Origin: Candidatus Methylomirabilia bacterium
GTDB lineage: Bacteria; Methylomirabilota; Methylomirabilia; Rokubacteriales; CSP1-6
Assembly (NCBI GenBank): GCA_041496385.1
Contig: JBGQEL010000007.1
Coordinates: 1 to 64,000 of the forward strand
DNA: 64,000 nt
Reading direction: 5' to 3'
Shown: in pieces, positions 1 to 9,483 of the stretch
Numbering within the stretch: position 1 is the first letter of the stretch
How the letters are laid out: the number at the start of each line of letters is the position of its first letter
Notes under the pieces: generated by a model
Told to the model about the DNA's origin: nothing
Databases searched by the model: none
The model's input: only the letters and a program-made list of their open reading frames with translations
Program-made: the position numbers and the translations under genes

Positions 1-1
1 C

Positions 2-316
2 GCGCCGGCCCCGGGCGGGGACCGGCGGGCGCTGTCGCACGAGGAGGCCGTGGACCGGCTGGCGGCGCTGGTGAAGAGCTGCCTGCGGCTGGCGGATCCG
101 CTGGACTCGATCACGGAGGACACGGTGCTGGTGGGCGAGGAGGTGGGGGTCGACTCGATCGAGATGCTGCGGCTCGTGTGCGCGATCGAGGAGGAGTTCC
201 ACATCAGCATCGACGAGGGCGAGGGCACGCTCTCCCACTTCCACACGGTCGGCTCGCTGGCGGCGCTCATCGTCGAGGCCTCGGCGTGTCCACGGAGCCG
301 TCTCAGCGTGAACTAG
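2..316 (+). CDS. Acyl carrier protein / phosphopantetheine-binding domain (frame open to window edge; GTG at 50 is a possible start)
   Basis: GVDSIEML phosphopantetheine Ser motif, 'IEEEFHISI' helix 2-3 pattern; frame has no stop from base 2. Confidence 0.8.
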   Translation, partial: APAPGGDRRALSHEEAVDRLAALVKSCLRLADPLDSITEDTVLVGEEVGVDSIEMLRLVCAIEEEFHISIDEGEGTLSHFHTVGSLAALIVEASACPRSRLSVN

Positions 317-381
317 CGGGGCGGCGTCCCGCCCCCGGGTTGTTGCATCTCGGGCGTCGATTTGCGACGATCTCCACGCCG

Positions 382-1530
382 ATGCGCTCGAAGGTTCCCT
401 CTGATGTCCTTCCGCTCGCCATGTTCGTTGGCTCGTTCGCCTGGTCGTTCGTCTACGTGAGCCTGCCGTTCCACATCCACGACATCAGCAAAGTGGATCC
501 CGCCGCCACGCTCCGGTGGACCGGCTGGATCCTCGGGATCTCGTCGCTCGCGACTGTCGTGACCGCCCCGTTCTGGGGGCGCTACGCCGAGCGCACGAAC
601 CCGAAGGCCTGCTACGTGCTCACGCAGTGGCTCCAGGGGTTCTGCTTCTTCGGTATGGCGCTCGCCCGGACGCTGCCGGAGCTCTTCGCCTCGCGCCTGG
701 TCCTGGGCGTCGCGGGCGCCGCCTCGACGTTCGCCTTCATCAGCGCCGGCCGCTCGGAGAGCGAGGCGGAGGTCCGCCGTCAGATCGCCGCCGTGCAGTC
801 GGGGATGACGCTCGGCCAGGTGCTCGGCCCGCTCGGCGGCGCCATCGCCGCCGCGCGGCTCGGGTTTCGGGCGTCCTTCGTCCTCGGCGGCCTGATCCTC
901 TGCGGCTGCGGAGTCCTGGCGAGCTGGGGGTTCCCGGCGCCTGCGGCGGGGCGCCAGACCGTGCGGGCGCCACGGCCGACGCGCCTGGGCGACGTCATCG
1001 CCGTGGCGCTGATCGTCCTCGGCGGCTCGACCCAGGTCTTCTTCCTCACCTCCATTCTCCCGCAGATCCTGCCGTCGCTGGGCGTCGCCGCGGGCCGGAC
1101 GCTGGAGGTCGGCGGCGTCCTGATCTTCGTGACCGCCGTGGCGGCGGCGATCGGCGCGCTGGCGACGCCGCGGCTCGCCGAGCTCCTGCCCGAGCGCCGG
1201 CTGATCATGGGGCTCCTGCTCGCGGCGTCGGTCTTCCAGGCCGCGCTCGCGCTGCCCGGCTCGGTGTGGCTCTACGGTGCCCTGCGCTTCGTCCAGGTCC
1301 TGTGCATCGCGCCGGTCTTCCCGCTCGTCGTGGCGCGGATCGCCCAGCACGCCGGTGGCGGGGCGATCGGCTTCATCAACTCGGCCCGCATCGGGGCGGC
1401 GTTCGTCGGCCCGGTCGTCGCGACGACCCTCCTGTCGTGGACCTCGCCGACCGTCCTCTACCTCGTGCTCGCCGCGATGGGCGTGGGCTGCCTCCCGCTC
1501 GTGGGGACGCGGAAGGCGTCCCGCGCGTGA
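382..1530 (+). CDS. MFS transporter (DHA1-like)
   Basis: About 12 hydrophobic segments, motif A-like 'WGRYAERTNPK'; ATG at 382 (421 alternative). Confidence 0.85.
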   Translation: MRSKVPSDVLPLAMFVGSFAWSFVYVSLPFHIHDISKVDPAATLRWTGWILGISSLATVVTAPFWGRYAERTNPKACYVLTQWLQGFCFFGMALARTLPELFASRLVLGVAGAASTFAFISAGRSESEAEVRRQIAAVQSGMTLGQVLGPLGGAIAAARLGFRASFVLGGLILCGCGVLASWGFPAPAAGRQTVRAPRPTRLGDVIAVALIVLGGSTQVFFLTSILPQILPSLGVAAGRTLEVGGVLIFVTAVAAAIGALATPRLAELLPERRLIMGLLLAASVFQAALALPGSVWLYGALRFVQVLCIAPVFPLVVARIAQHAGGGAIGFINSARIGAAFVGPVVATTLLSWTSPTVLYLVLAAMGVGCLPLVGTRKASRA

Positions 1531-2627
1531 GCAGCCGCCCGCTCGTCGACGTCCGGATCGAGGCGCTCGCCACCCGCGGCGGCGTGCCGCCCGGGGTCCA
1601 CGGCGTGTCGATCCACGTGCGCTACGGCGAGTTCTTCACGCTGCTCGGGCCGCCGAAGTCGGGGAAGTCCGACGTCCTGCGCGCCGTCGCCGGCTTTCTT
1701 CCGATGACGGGCGGCCGCATCGTCGTGGACGGCCAGGACATCGGGGCGCTGCCGCCGGGGCGGCGTGACATGGGCTACGTCTTCCAGGACGGCGCGCTCT
1801 GGCCCCACATGTCGGTCGCCGAGCACATCGCCTTCGGGCTCGAGCGGCAGGGCCTCGCGCGCGTCGACCTGGACAGGAAGGTGAGGACCGTCGCCGCCCG
1901 GCTCGGCCTCGAGGGCCTGCTGGGCGCGCTCCCCGGTGCCCTCGGCGTGGACCAGCGACGGCGCCTCGCGATCGCCCGCGCCCTGGCGCCCGAGCCGCGC
2001 GTGCTCCTTCTCGACGAGCCGCTCGCGAACATCGACCCGATCGCGCGCAAGAGCCTGCGCCTGGAGCTCGCGAAGCTCCATCGCGACCTGGCCGTGACGA
2101 CCCTTCACTCCACGCGCAACGCGGCCGACGCGCTCGCCCTCTCCGATCGGCTCGCGGTCATGGACGGCGGGGGCGTGCTCCAGATCGGCGAGCCCGGGGA
2201 GCTCTACCAGCGGCCCTCGAGCCGCGCCGTCGCCGAGGCGCTCGGCCCCGCGAACTTCCTGCCGGTGCGGGTCGTGGAGGTGCGCGAGCTCGGGGTCGTT
2301 GTCGAGACGGAGGGCGGTCACCAGGTGCCCGTCGCGGGGATCGGGAGCTTCACCAAGGGCGATCGGGGGCTCATGGTCCTGCGGCCCGAGACGCTCTCGC
2401 TCGTCGAGGCGTCCATGGCGCGCGGTCCCGGCATCCCGGGCCGTGTCGCGCTGCGCGTCTTCGAGGGCGCGCGCCACCTCTACGAGATCGAGGTCGGCGG
2501 TCGCGAGCCGGTACGCGTGGAGGTTCCGTCCCTCGACGGCGGGCGGGTCTTCAGGCTCGACGACCGGGTCCGCGTCGAGGTGTCGAGCGACACGGTCGTG
2601 CTGATTCCGATGCCCGGGGAGGGCTAG
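1527..2627 (+). CDS. ABC transporter ATP-binding protein, PotA/FbpC-like with TOBE domain, degenerate motifs
   Basis: Walker A GPPKSGKS, Q-loop VFQD, Walker B LLLDEP; GTGA overlap with MFS stop. Confidence 0.85.
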   Translation: MSSRPLVDVRIEALATRGGVPPGVHGVSIHVRYGEFFTLLGPPKSGKSDVLRAVAGFLPMTGGRIVVDGQDIGALPPGRRDMGYVFQDGALWPHMSVAEHIAFGLERQGLARVDLDRKVRTVAARLGLEGLLGALPGALGVDQRRRLAIARALAPEPRVLLLDEPLANIDPIARKSLRLELAKLHRDLAVTTLHSTRNAADALALSDRLAVMDGGGVLQIGEPGELYQRPSSRAVAEALGPANFLPVRVVEVRELGVVVETEGGHQVPVAGIGSFTKGDRGLMVLRPETLSLVEASMARGPGIPGRVALRVFEGARHLYEIEVGGREPVRVEVPSLDGGRVFRLDDRVRVEVSSDTVVLIPMPGEG

Positions 2628-3388
2628 AGCGAGTAGGTGCGGTCCTGCTCGAGGAGCGAGACGCGCCCGCCCCCGATCCGGTCGATCTCCTCCGCGACCT
2701 CCTCGGCGAACTGGGGCTTGACGTGGAAGATCCAGACCGGCACGTCGGCCGGAAGCTTGTCGAGCTCGCGACGGATGAGCGAGGGCGTCATGTGCTTGGC
2801 GATCTCGGCGAGCGGCCCGAGACGGTTGGGGAAGGCACACTCGAGGATCACCGCGCGGAGCCCCTGGAGGCCGCGGGCCGCCTGCCAGAGCGCGGTGGTC
2901 GGTCCGGTGTCGCCGGAGTAGATCAGCCCCGTCGAGCCGTCGTGGACGATGAACCCGGTCGTCGGCACGGTGTGGTTCACCAGCACCGGCGTCACCCATA
3001 GGTCACCGAGCCGCTGCTCCACATCTTCCACGAGCGTGCGGTACTTCACGACCGGCACGTCGGCGTGCGGGATCTTCGAGAAATCGGGCCAGAGAATGTT
3101 GTTGAAGACACCCGAGCGCAGCGTGGACACCACGGGGTCGATGCTCGCGATCGTGATCGCGGCGCCCGTCTCGCAAAAACCCAGCGTCTCGGTGAGGTAG
3201 ACGAGGCCCGCGATGTGGTCGAGGTGGCAGTGCGAGACGATCGCGTGCTCGACCGAGAGCTGCTGCGGGACCGACAGGGCCCCCGTGACCGTCCCTCCGT
3301 CGATCAGCGTCCGGTCGTTGATCAGAAAGGCGGACGGGCGATGCCCGAGCCCTTCGCCTCCGAAGGCGCCGAGCACCCTGATTTTCAT
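2624..3388 (-). CDS. Class II (metallo-beta-lactamase fold) 3',5'-cyclic-nucleotide phosphodiesterase
   Basis: SHCHLDH motif, 'FNNILWPDF', YSGDTG, ECAFPN. Confidence 0.85.
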   Translation of the reverse strand: MKIRVLGAFGGEGLGHRPSAFLINDRTLIDGGTVTGALSVPQQLSVEHAIVSHCHLDHIAGLVYLTETLGFCETGAAITIASIDPVVSTLRSGVFNNILWPDFSKIPHADVPVVKYRTLVEDVEQRLGDLWVTPVLVNHTVPTTGFIVHDGSTGLIYSGDTGPTTALWQAARGLQGLRAVILECAFPNRLGPLAEIAKHMTPSLIRRELDKLPADVPVWIFHVKPQFAEEVAEEIDRIGGGRVSLLEQDRTYSL

Positions 3389-3429
3389 CAGCCACGGATA
3401 CTAGCACAGAAAAATAGTAAGATGGACGC

Positions 3430-4101
3430 ATGGCCGACGAGGGCTTCGACTATCCGACGATGGCGCGCGCGCTGATCCTCGGCGACAAGGACACGGTCGC
3501 GCGCAAGACCCACGAGGGCCTGGGCCTCGCGATCGAGCCGAAGGCGCTCATCTTCAGGGGGCTCATCCCGGGGATGGACGTCGTCGGCGAGAAGTTCCGC
3601 CGGAACGAGTACTACGTCCCCCAGGTGCTGCTGTCGGCCCGCGCCATGTACGCCGGGCTCGACCTCCTGAAGCCGCTCATCACGGCCGCCGCGAAGGCCG
3701 ACGACTACTACGGCACCGTCGTGATCGGCACCGCCCAGGGCGACCTCCACGACATCGGGAAGAACCTCGTCGCGATGATGCTCGAGGGCGCCGGCTTCAA
3801 GGTGGTCAACCTCGGCCGCGACGTGGCGCCCGACGTCTTCGTGAAGGCCGTCACGGAGCATCAGGCCAACATCGTCGGCATCTCGGCGCTGATGACGACG
3901 ACCATGCCCGCGATGAAGCGGACGATCGACGCGCTCGTGAAGGCCGGGCTGCGCGACCGGGTCAAGGTGATGATCGGCGGCGCGCCGGTGAGCCAGGCCT
4001 TCGCCGACGAGATCGGCGCCGATGGCTACGCGAAGGACTCGACCCTCGCGGTCGTCAAGGCCAAGGCGCTCCTGGGCGTCGAGGAGGCGGTCGCGCCGTG
4101 A
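3430..4101 (+). CDS. Corrinoid (cobalamin-binding) protein, MetH cap + B12-binding domains / MtaC-MttC-like
   Basis: GDLHDIGKNLV (DxHxxG), SALMTTT, MIGGAP. Confidence 0.93.
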   Translation: MADEGFDYPTMARALILGDKDTVARKTHEGLGLAIEPKALIFRGLIPGMDVVGEKFRRNEYYVPQVLLSARAMYAGLDLLKPLITAAAKADDYYGTVVIGTAQGDLHDIGKNLVAMMLEGAGFKVVNLGRDVAPDVFVKAVTEHQANIVGISALMTTTMPAMKRTIDALVKAGLRDRVKVMIGGAPVSQAFADEIGADGYAKDSTLAVVKAKALLGVEEAVAP

Positions 4102-5012
4102 GCTCGCACGGGCGGGAGGTGCTCGCGCGCATCCGCGCCGGCGAGACGCTCGTCTTCGACGGCGGCTACGGTACGATGCTCTTCGCCGCCGGACTCCTGA
4201 ACGGCGCCTGCCCGGAACTGTGGAACGACACGCACGCCGACGTCGTCCGCGGCATCCACGCGGGCTACTTCGACGCCGGCAGCCAGATCGTCGAGACCAA
4301 CACGTTCGGCGGAACGCGGCTGAAGCTCAACGAGTACAAGCTCGGCGATCGGACCCGCGAGCTGAACGAGCGGGGCGCGCGCCTCGCCCGCGCCGCGGCG
4401 CCGCCCGAGGGCTACGTCGCGGGCTCCATCGGGCCGACGAGCCGGTTGCCCCAGGAGTACGCGCTCGACGACGGGGTCACCGACGAGGAGTACGTGGCCA
4501 CGTTCCGCGAGCAGGCCGAGGCGCTCGCCGACGGCGGCGTGGACCTCTTCGCGGTCGAGACGATGATGTTTCCGCAGGAGGCGACGGCCGCGATCCGCGC
4601 GTGCAAGCGGGCGACGGATCTGCCGGTGATGGCCACGATGTTCTTCCAGTACGAGGAGGCGCACGACCGCGACCGCACGATGTGGGGCGAGAGCCCCGCC
4701 GACGTCGCCCAGAGCCTCCTCGCGGCCGGCGCGGACGTGGTCGGGATGAACTGCGGGCGTGGTCCCGACCGCGCGATCGTCATCATCCGCGAGATGCGGA
4801 AGGTGACGGACGCGCCGCTCGTCGCCTACCCGAACGCCGGTCTCCCCATCACGAAGGGCGACAGCGTCACGTACGAGCTCGGACCCGAGGAGATGGCCCG
4901 CGAGTATCCCGCGCTGCTCGACGCCGGCTGCAACATCGTCGGTGCCTGCTGCGGCTCCGATCCGGAGCACATCAAGCGGATCGCCGAGGTCGTGCGACGC
5001 CGCAAGACGTGA
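4098..5012 (+). CDS. Homocysteine S-methyltransferase domain protein (stand-alone MetH Hcy-binding module)
   Basis: FDGGYGT, ETNTFG, Zn ligands GMNC and GACC, PNAGLP. Confidence 0.9.
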   Translation: MSSHGREVLARIRAGETLVFDGGYGTMLFAAGLLNGACPELWNDTHADVVRGIHAGYFDAGSQIVETNTFGGTRLKLNEYKLGDRTRELNERGARLARAAAPPEGYVAGSIGPTSRLPQEYALDDGVTDEEYVATFREQAEALADGGVDLFAVETMMFPQEATAAIRACKRATDLPVMATMFFQYEEAHDRDRTMWGESPADVAQSLLAAGADVVGMNCGRGPDRAIVIIREMRKVTDAPLVAYPNAGLPITKGDSVTYELGPEEMAREYPALLDAGCNIVGACCGSDPEHIKRIAEVVRRRKT

Positions 5013-5737
5013 CGGGCCAGCTCACCGCGCCCGAGCCGCGCGTCCTCACGGATATTTCCCTCGCGATCGACCCCGCCGAGGTCCTGCGCTTCCAGGGCTA
5101 CAAGTCGGGGACCGATCGCCCCGGCGCCGACGTGCGGGCGCTCTTCGACGAGGCGCAGGCGCTCGGGCGGGCGCTCATGGAGCCGCGCGCCGTCATCCGC
5201 TGGCTGGCCGTGGCGCGCCGGGGCGCCGACCTGCTCGAGGCCGCCGGCGTGGCGCTTCGCATCCCGCGCATCGGCCGGCACTGGGGTCCCGTCGAATACG
5301 TCGCGGTCGCGCTCTGCACGCTCGGCGACCGGCTCGAGCGGCGTGTCGCGGAGCTCTGGGCGGCGCGGGAGCTGCCGCTCGCGTCCATGCTCGACAGCGT
5401 GGGCTCGGGCGCCGTCGAGAGCCTCGCCGAGTACGTCAACGACACCCTCTGCCAGGAGGGCGTGGCGCGGGGCCTCCGGGTGACCAACCGGATCAGCCCG
5501 GGCTACGCCGACTGGGACGTCGCCCAGCAGCGCGAGCTGTTCGAGCTCTGCCCCGGCGCGCCGATCGGCGTCAGCCTGAACGAGGCGTGCTTCATGACGC
5601 CCCTGAAGTCGATCTCTCTGCTCGCCGCGGCGGGCCTCGCCGCGCGCGTCGACCACTACTTCGCCCAGTGCGCTCGGTGCTGGATGCGCGACTGCGCCTA
5701 CCGGCGCGTCCCGGCACGCGGCACGGTGCACCGCTAG
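5009..5737 (+). CDS. Methionine synthase reactivation (SAM-binding) domain, short form
   Basis: RISPGYADW motif, MTPLKSIS, C-terminal CxxCxxxxC; GTGA overlap. Confidence 0.85.
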   Translation: MTGQLTAPEPRVLTDISLAIDPAEVLRFQGYKSGTDRPGADVRALFDEAQALGRALMEPRAVIRWLAVARRGADLLEAAGVALRIPRIGRHWGPVEYVAVALCTLGDRLERRVAELWAARELPLASMLDSVGSGAVESLAEYVNDTLCQEGVARGLRVTNRISPGYADWDVAQQRELFELCPGAPIGVSLNEACFMTPLKSISLLAAAGLAARVDHYFAQCARCWMRDCAYRRVPARGTVHR

Positions 5738-5841
5738 CGTCGGCGCCGGGGGCACGGCGCGCGGCGTGCGCGCGCGGGACGTCCGCGCCGAGCGGACGAC
5801 GGCCGGTCGAGCCGGGGCGCCGATCTGATACGATGCGTGAG

Positions 5842-6366
5842 ATGCGTCCGGACAACGTCATCCTGGTCGGCTTCATGGGTGCCGGGAAGTCGTCGGTCGG
5901 GCGGCTCCTCGCGCGCCGCCTCGGACGCTGCTTCGTCGAGACCGACGACATGATCGTCGCCCGAGAGGGCAAGCCCATCCCCGAGATCTTCCGCGCGTAC
6001 GGCGAGGCGCGCTTTCGCGAGCTCGAGGCCGAGGCGCTCGAGTCCCTCAAGCTGAAATCGGGTGACGTCATCGGCACGGGGGGCGGCTTCCCGTGCCACG
6101 AGGGGCGCATGGAGGCGCTCCGCGAGCTGGGCACGGTCGTCTGGCTCGCGGGCGAGCTTGCCGACCTCCTCGCGCGGGCGAGCCGGACCGGCGGCCGCCC
6201 GATGCTCGCGGGGCGGACCCCCGCCGAGATCGAGGCGCTCTACCACGCGCGCCGGGCCTACTACCACCGGGCCCACGCCACGGTGGACACGAGCGGGCTC
6301 GGGCCGGACCAGGTCGTCGCGCGGGTGCTCGCCGCGCTGCGGGAGGCGCATGCCGCACGCGTTTAG
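5842..6366 (+). CDS. aroK: Shikimate kinase
   Basis: LVGFMGAGKS P-loop, GEARFRELE, GTGGG, RPML. Confidence 0.93.
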   Translation: MRPDNVILVGFMGAGKSSVGRLLARRLGRCFVETDDMIVAREGKPIPEIFRAYGEARFRELEAEALESLKLKSGDVIGTGGGFPCHEGRMEALRELGTVVWLAGELADLLARASRTGGRPMLAGRTPAEIEALYHARRAYYHRAHATVDTSGLGPDQVVARVLAALREAHAARV

Positions 6367-8200
6367 CCGCCGACTCGAGGCCGGCCCGCTCCTCAGCGAC
6401 GGCGCGATGGGCACGATGCTCTACACGCGCGGCGTGTCGCCGGACGCCTGCTTCGACGCGCTCAACCTGAACCATCCCAAGCTGGTGCAGGCGATCCACG
6501 CCGAGTACGTCGCCGCGGGCGCCGACTGCATCGAGACGAACACCTTCGGCGCGAATCGGTTCAAGCTCGCCGCCCACGGCCTGGAGTCCCAGGTCCGCGA
6601 GATCAACGCGCGCGGCGTGCGACTCGCGCGCGACGTCCGCGAGAGCGCCGGGCGTGACGTCTTCGTCCTGGGCTCGATGGGCCCGCTCGGCAAGTACCTG
6701 GCGCCGCTCGGGACCCTCACCGCGGAGGAGGCGCGCGCGGCCTTCCGCGAGCAGGCGGAGGCGCTGCTCGAGGGCGGCGTGGACGCGTTCATCGTGGAGA
6801 CCTTCTCCGACCTCGCCGAGATCGCGCTCGCGATCGAGGCGGTGCGATCGATCTGCGATCTGCCGCTGCTGGCGCAGATGGCGTTCACCAACGAGGGCGT
6901 CACGTTCACGGGACGCTCGGCGGCCGAGGTCGCGCAGGCGCTCTCGCGCCTGGGTGTCCAGGCGCTGGGGGCGAACTGCTCCGTCGGTTCGAGCACGCTC
7001 CACGAGGTCCTCGAGCAGATGGCGCCCGCGGCGGGCGGCCTGCCGCTCGCGGTCCAGCCCAACGCCGGTCTCCCGAGCCGTATCGGCGAGCGGCTCATCT
7101 ACCTCTCGTCGCCCGCGTACATGGCCGAGTACGCCGGGCGCATGGTCGACACCGGCGCCCGCCTCGTCGGCGGCTGCTGCGGCACCACGCCCCTGCACAT
7201 CGCCGCCATGCGCCAGGTGCTCGACCAGAAGACCGACGTGCGGCGCGAGGCGAGGAGCCCCGTCGTCAGCGTGCGCGCGCCCGCGGTCAGCGAGGCCACG
7301 GGGCTCCACACGGTCCGTCCGCCGACGGTGCTCGAGCGCAAGCTCCGCGACCGGGGATTCGTCGTCACGGTGGAGCTGGACCCGCCCCGCGGCCACACCG
7401 TCGAGAAGCTCGTGCAGGGCGCGAAGCTGCTCAAGGAGCGCGGGGTCGAGATCGTGGACATCAACGACGGGTCGCTCGGCCGCGTCCGGATGGCGGTGCT
7501 GGCGACCGCGCTGCTCGTCCGCGAGGCGACCGGACTCGACGTCAACATGCATTTCACCTGTCGCGACCGGAACCTGATGGGGATCCAGGCCGACCTCCTC
7601 GGCGCCCACGCGCTCGACGTCCGCAACATCCTCGCGATGACGGGTGATCCGCCGCGCGCGGGCGACTACGTGGACGCGACGGCGGTCTTCGACGTGGACG
7701 GGGTCGGCCTCATCGAGATCCTTCGCCGGATGAACGAGGGGCTCGACGCGACGGGCTCGTCGGTCGGCGAGCCGATGTCGTTCTTCGTGGGCGCGGCGCT
7801 GAACCCGGCGGCGGCCGAGCCCGAGCGGGAGATCGAGCGGCTCCACCGGAAGGTCCAGGCGGGCGCGCGCTGGTTCCAGACGCAGCCCGTCTACGACCTC
7901 GACGCGCTCGACCGCTTCCTCGAACGCGCGGGAGGCTCGCCGGTGCCCGTGCTGGTCGGGCTCCTGCCGCTCCACAGCTTCCGCCACGCGGAATTCCTGC
8001 ACAACGAGGTGCCGGGGATCTCGATCCCCGCGCCCGTTCGCCAGCGCTTGAAAGACGCGGGTGACGGCGCGCTCCGCGTCGGGATCGAGATGGCCCAGGA
8101 GCTCGTGCGCGAGACCCGGCGGCGCTACGCGGGCGCCTACCTCATGCCCTCGTTCGGGCGCTTCGAGGTCGTCGCCGAGGTCCTCGATGCCCTTCGCTGA
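6350..8200 (+). CDS. yitJ: Bifunctional homocysteine S-methyltransferase / 5,10-methylenetetrahydrofolate reductase
   Basis: N-half DGAMGT, GANCS, GGCCG; C-half VELDPP, HFTCRDRN, TGDPP, TQPVYD. Confidence 0.92.
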   Translation: MPHAFSRRLEAGPLLSDGAMGTMLYTRGVSPDACFDALNLNHPKLVQAIHAEYVAAGADCIETNTFGANRFKLAAHGLESQVREINARGVRLARDVRESAGRDVFVLGSMGPLGKYLAPLGTLTAEEARAAFREQAEALLEGGVDAFIVETFSDLAEIALAIEAVRSICDLPLLAQMAFTNEGVTFTGRSAAEVAQALSRLGVQALGANCSVGSSTLHEVLEQMAPAAGGLPLAVQPNAGLPSRIGERLIYLSSPAYMAEYAGRMVDTGARLVGGCCGTTPLHIAAMRQVLDQKTDVRREARSPVVSVRAPAVSEATGLHTVRPPTVLERKLRDRGFVVTVELDPPRGHTVEKLVQGAKLLKERGVEIVDINDGSLGRVRMAVLATALLVREATGLDVNMHFTCRDRNLMGIQADLLGAHALDVRNILAMTGDPPRAGDYVDATAVFDVDGVGLIEILRRMNEGLDATGSSVGEPMSFFVGAALNPAAAEPEREIERLHRKVQAGARWFQTQPVYDLDALDRFLERAGGSPVPVLVGLLPLHSFRHAEFLHNEVPGISIPAPVRQRLKDAGDGALRVGIEMAQELVRETRRRYAGAYLMPSFGRFEVVAEVLDALR

Positions 8201-9482
8201 CCTCGGCGCGCGTGAGGCGGCCGAGCAGATCCGGGCCGGCGCGCTGAGCCCGGTGGCGCTGGTCGAGGCCTGCCTCGAACGCCTCCGAGCGCTCGAGGGG
8301 CGCGTCGCGGCGTGGGCGCACGTGGACGAGCCGGCCGCCCTCGCCGCGGCGCGGGAGCTCGAGGGCGAGGCGCGCATCGGCCGCCTGCGGGGCCCGCTTC
8401 ACGGCGTGCCCGTCGGGATCAAGGACATCTTCCACGTCGCCGGCATGCCGACGACCGCCGGGGCGAAGGCGTTCGCCCACAGCCGGCCGGCGCACGATGC
8501 CGCGGCGGTCGGGCTCCTGCGCGCCGCGGGCGCGATCATTCTCGGCAAGACGCACACGACCCAGTTCGCGTACCGTGACCCGGCTCCGACCAGGAACCCG
8601 TGGAAGGACGGCGCGACGCCCGGCGGGTCGTCCGCCGGTTCCGCGGCCGCCGTCGCGGCGCGGATGGTCCCGCTGGCGCTCGGCTCCCAGACCGTCGGTT
8701 CGGTGCTGCGCCCGGCGGCGTACTGTGGGGTCGTGGGTCTGAAGCCGACCCATGGCCTGATCCCCGTCACGGGCGTGATCCCGCTCGCGTGGTCCTGCGA
8801 CCACGTCGGGGTCTTCGGCCGCTCGGTCGCCGACGCCGCGCTCGCGCTGGCGGTCCTCGCGCGCCGGAACCTCGAGCCCGAGCCTGTGCGCCCGCCGCAC
8901 TTGGCGCTCGCGCCCGAGCTGCTCGACCGCGCCTCGCCCGAGGTCGCCGCCCACGTACGGGCGGCCGCCGAGCTGTTCGCGCGCGCCGGGGCGCGCCTGA
9001 GCGAGGTGAAGCTCCCCACGTCGTTCGGCGAGCTCCACGCCGCCGGGCTCGTCCTGGTCGAGTCGGAGGCGGCCGCCTATCACGCGCGCGACTTCGCCAA
9101 GCACGCGGGCGACTACGGTCCCGAGATCCGAAAGGGGATCGAATCGGGCCTCCGGCATTCCGCGACCGCGTACCTCGCCGCCCACCGGCTGCGCCTCGCC
9201 TTCCGCGACGAGGTGATGCCTCTGCTCGGCGCCCACGATGGGCTGCTTTCGCCGACGGCGCCCGCGCCCGCGCCCGACATCGCGACGACGGGCGACAGTT
9301 GGCACTGCGCGCCGTGGAGCTACGCGGGGACGCCGTCCCTCTCGCTGCCGAGCGGGCTCGCGCCGTCGGGCCTGCCGCTGGCGATCCAGCTCGTCCAGGC
9401 CGCGGGCGCGGAGGCGCGCCTCCTCGCGGCGGCCGCCTGGTGCGAGCGCGCGCTCGCGTTCGCCCACGCCCCGAGGCTCTGA
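8187..9482 (+). CDS. Amidase signature family (GatA-like) amidase
   Basis: LHGVPVGIKD, PGGSSAGSAAA, GSQTVGSVLRP. Confidence 0.9.
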   Translation: MPFADLGAREAAEQIRAGALSPVALVEACLERLRALEGRVAAWAHVDEPAALAAARELEGEARIGRLRGPLHGVPVGIKDIFHVAGMPTTAGAKAFAHSRPAHDAAAVGLLRAAGAIILGKTHTTQFAYRDPAPTRNPWKDGATPGGSSAGSAAAVAARMVPLALGSQTVGSVLRPAAYCGVVGLKPTHGLIPVTGVIPLAWSCDHVGVFGRSVADAALALAVLARRNLEPEPVRPPHLALAPELLDRASPEVAAHVRAAAELFARAGARLSEVKLPTSFGELHAAGLVLVESEAAAYHARDFAKHAGDYGPEIRKGIESGLRHSATAYLAAHRLRLAFRDEVMPLLGAHDGLLSPTAPAPAPDIATTGDSWHCAPWSYAGTPSLSLPSGLAPSGLPLAIQLVQAAGAEARLLAAAAWCERALAFAHAPRL

Positions 9483-9483
9483 C

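Noticed and set aside
3389..3429. Cobalamin or SAM riboswitch ahead of the methionine/corrinoid operon
   Set aside because: The intergenic gap is only 41 nt and the gene looks leaderless; no B12-box or S-box motif is visible
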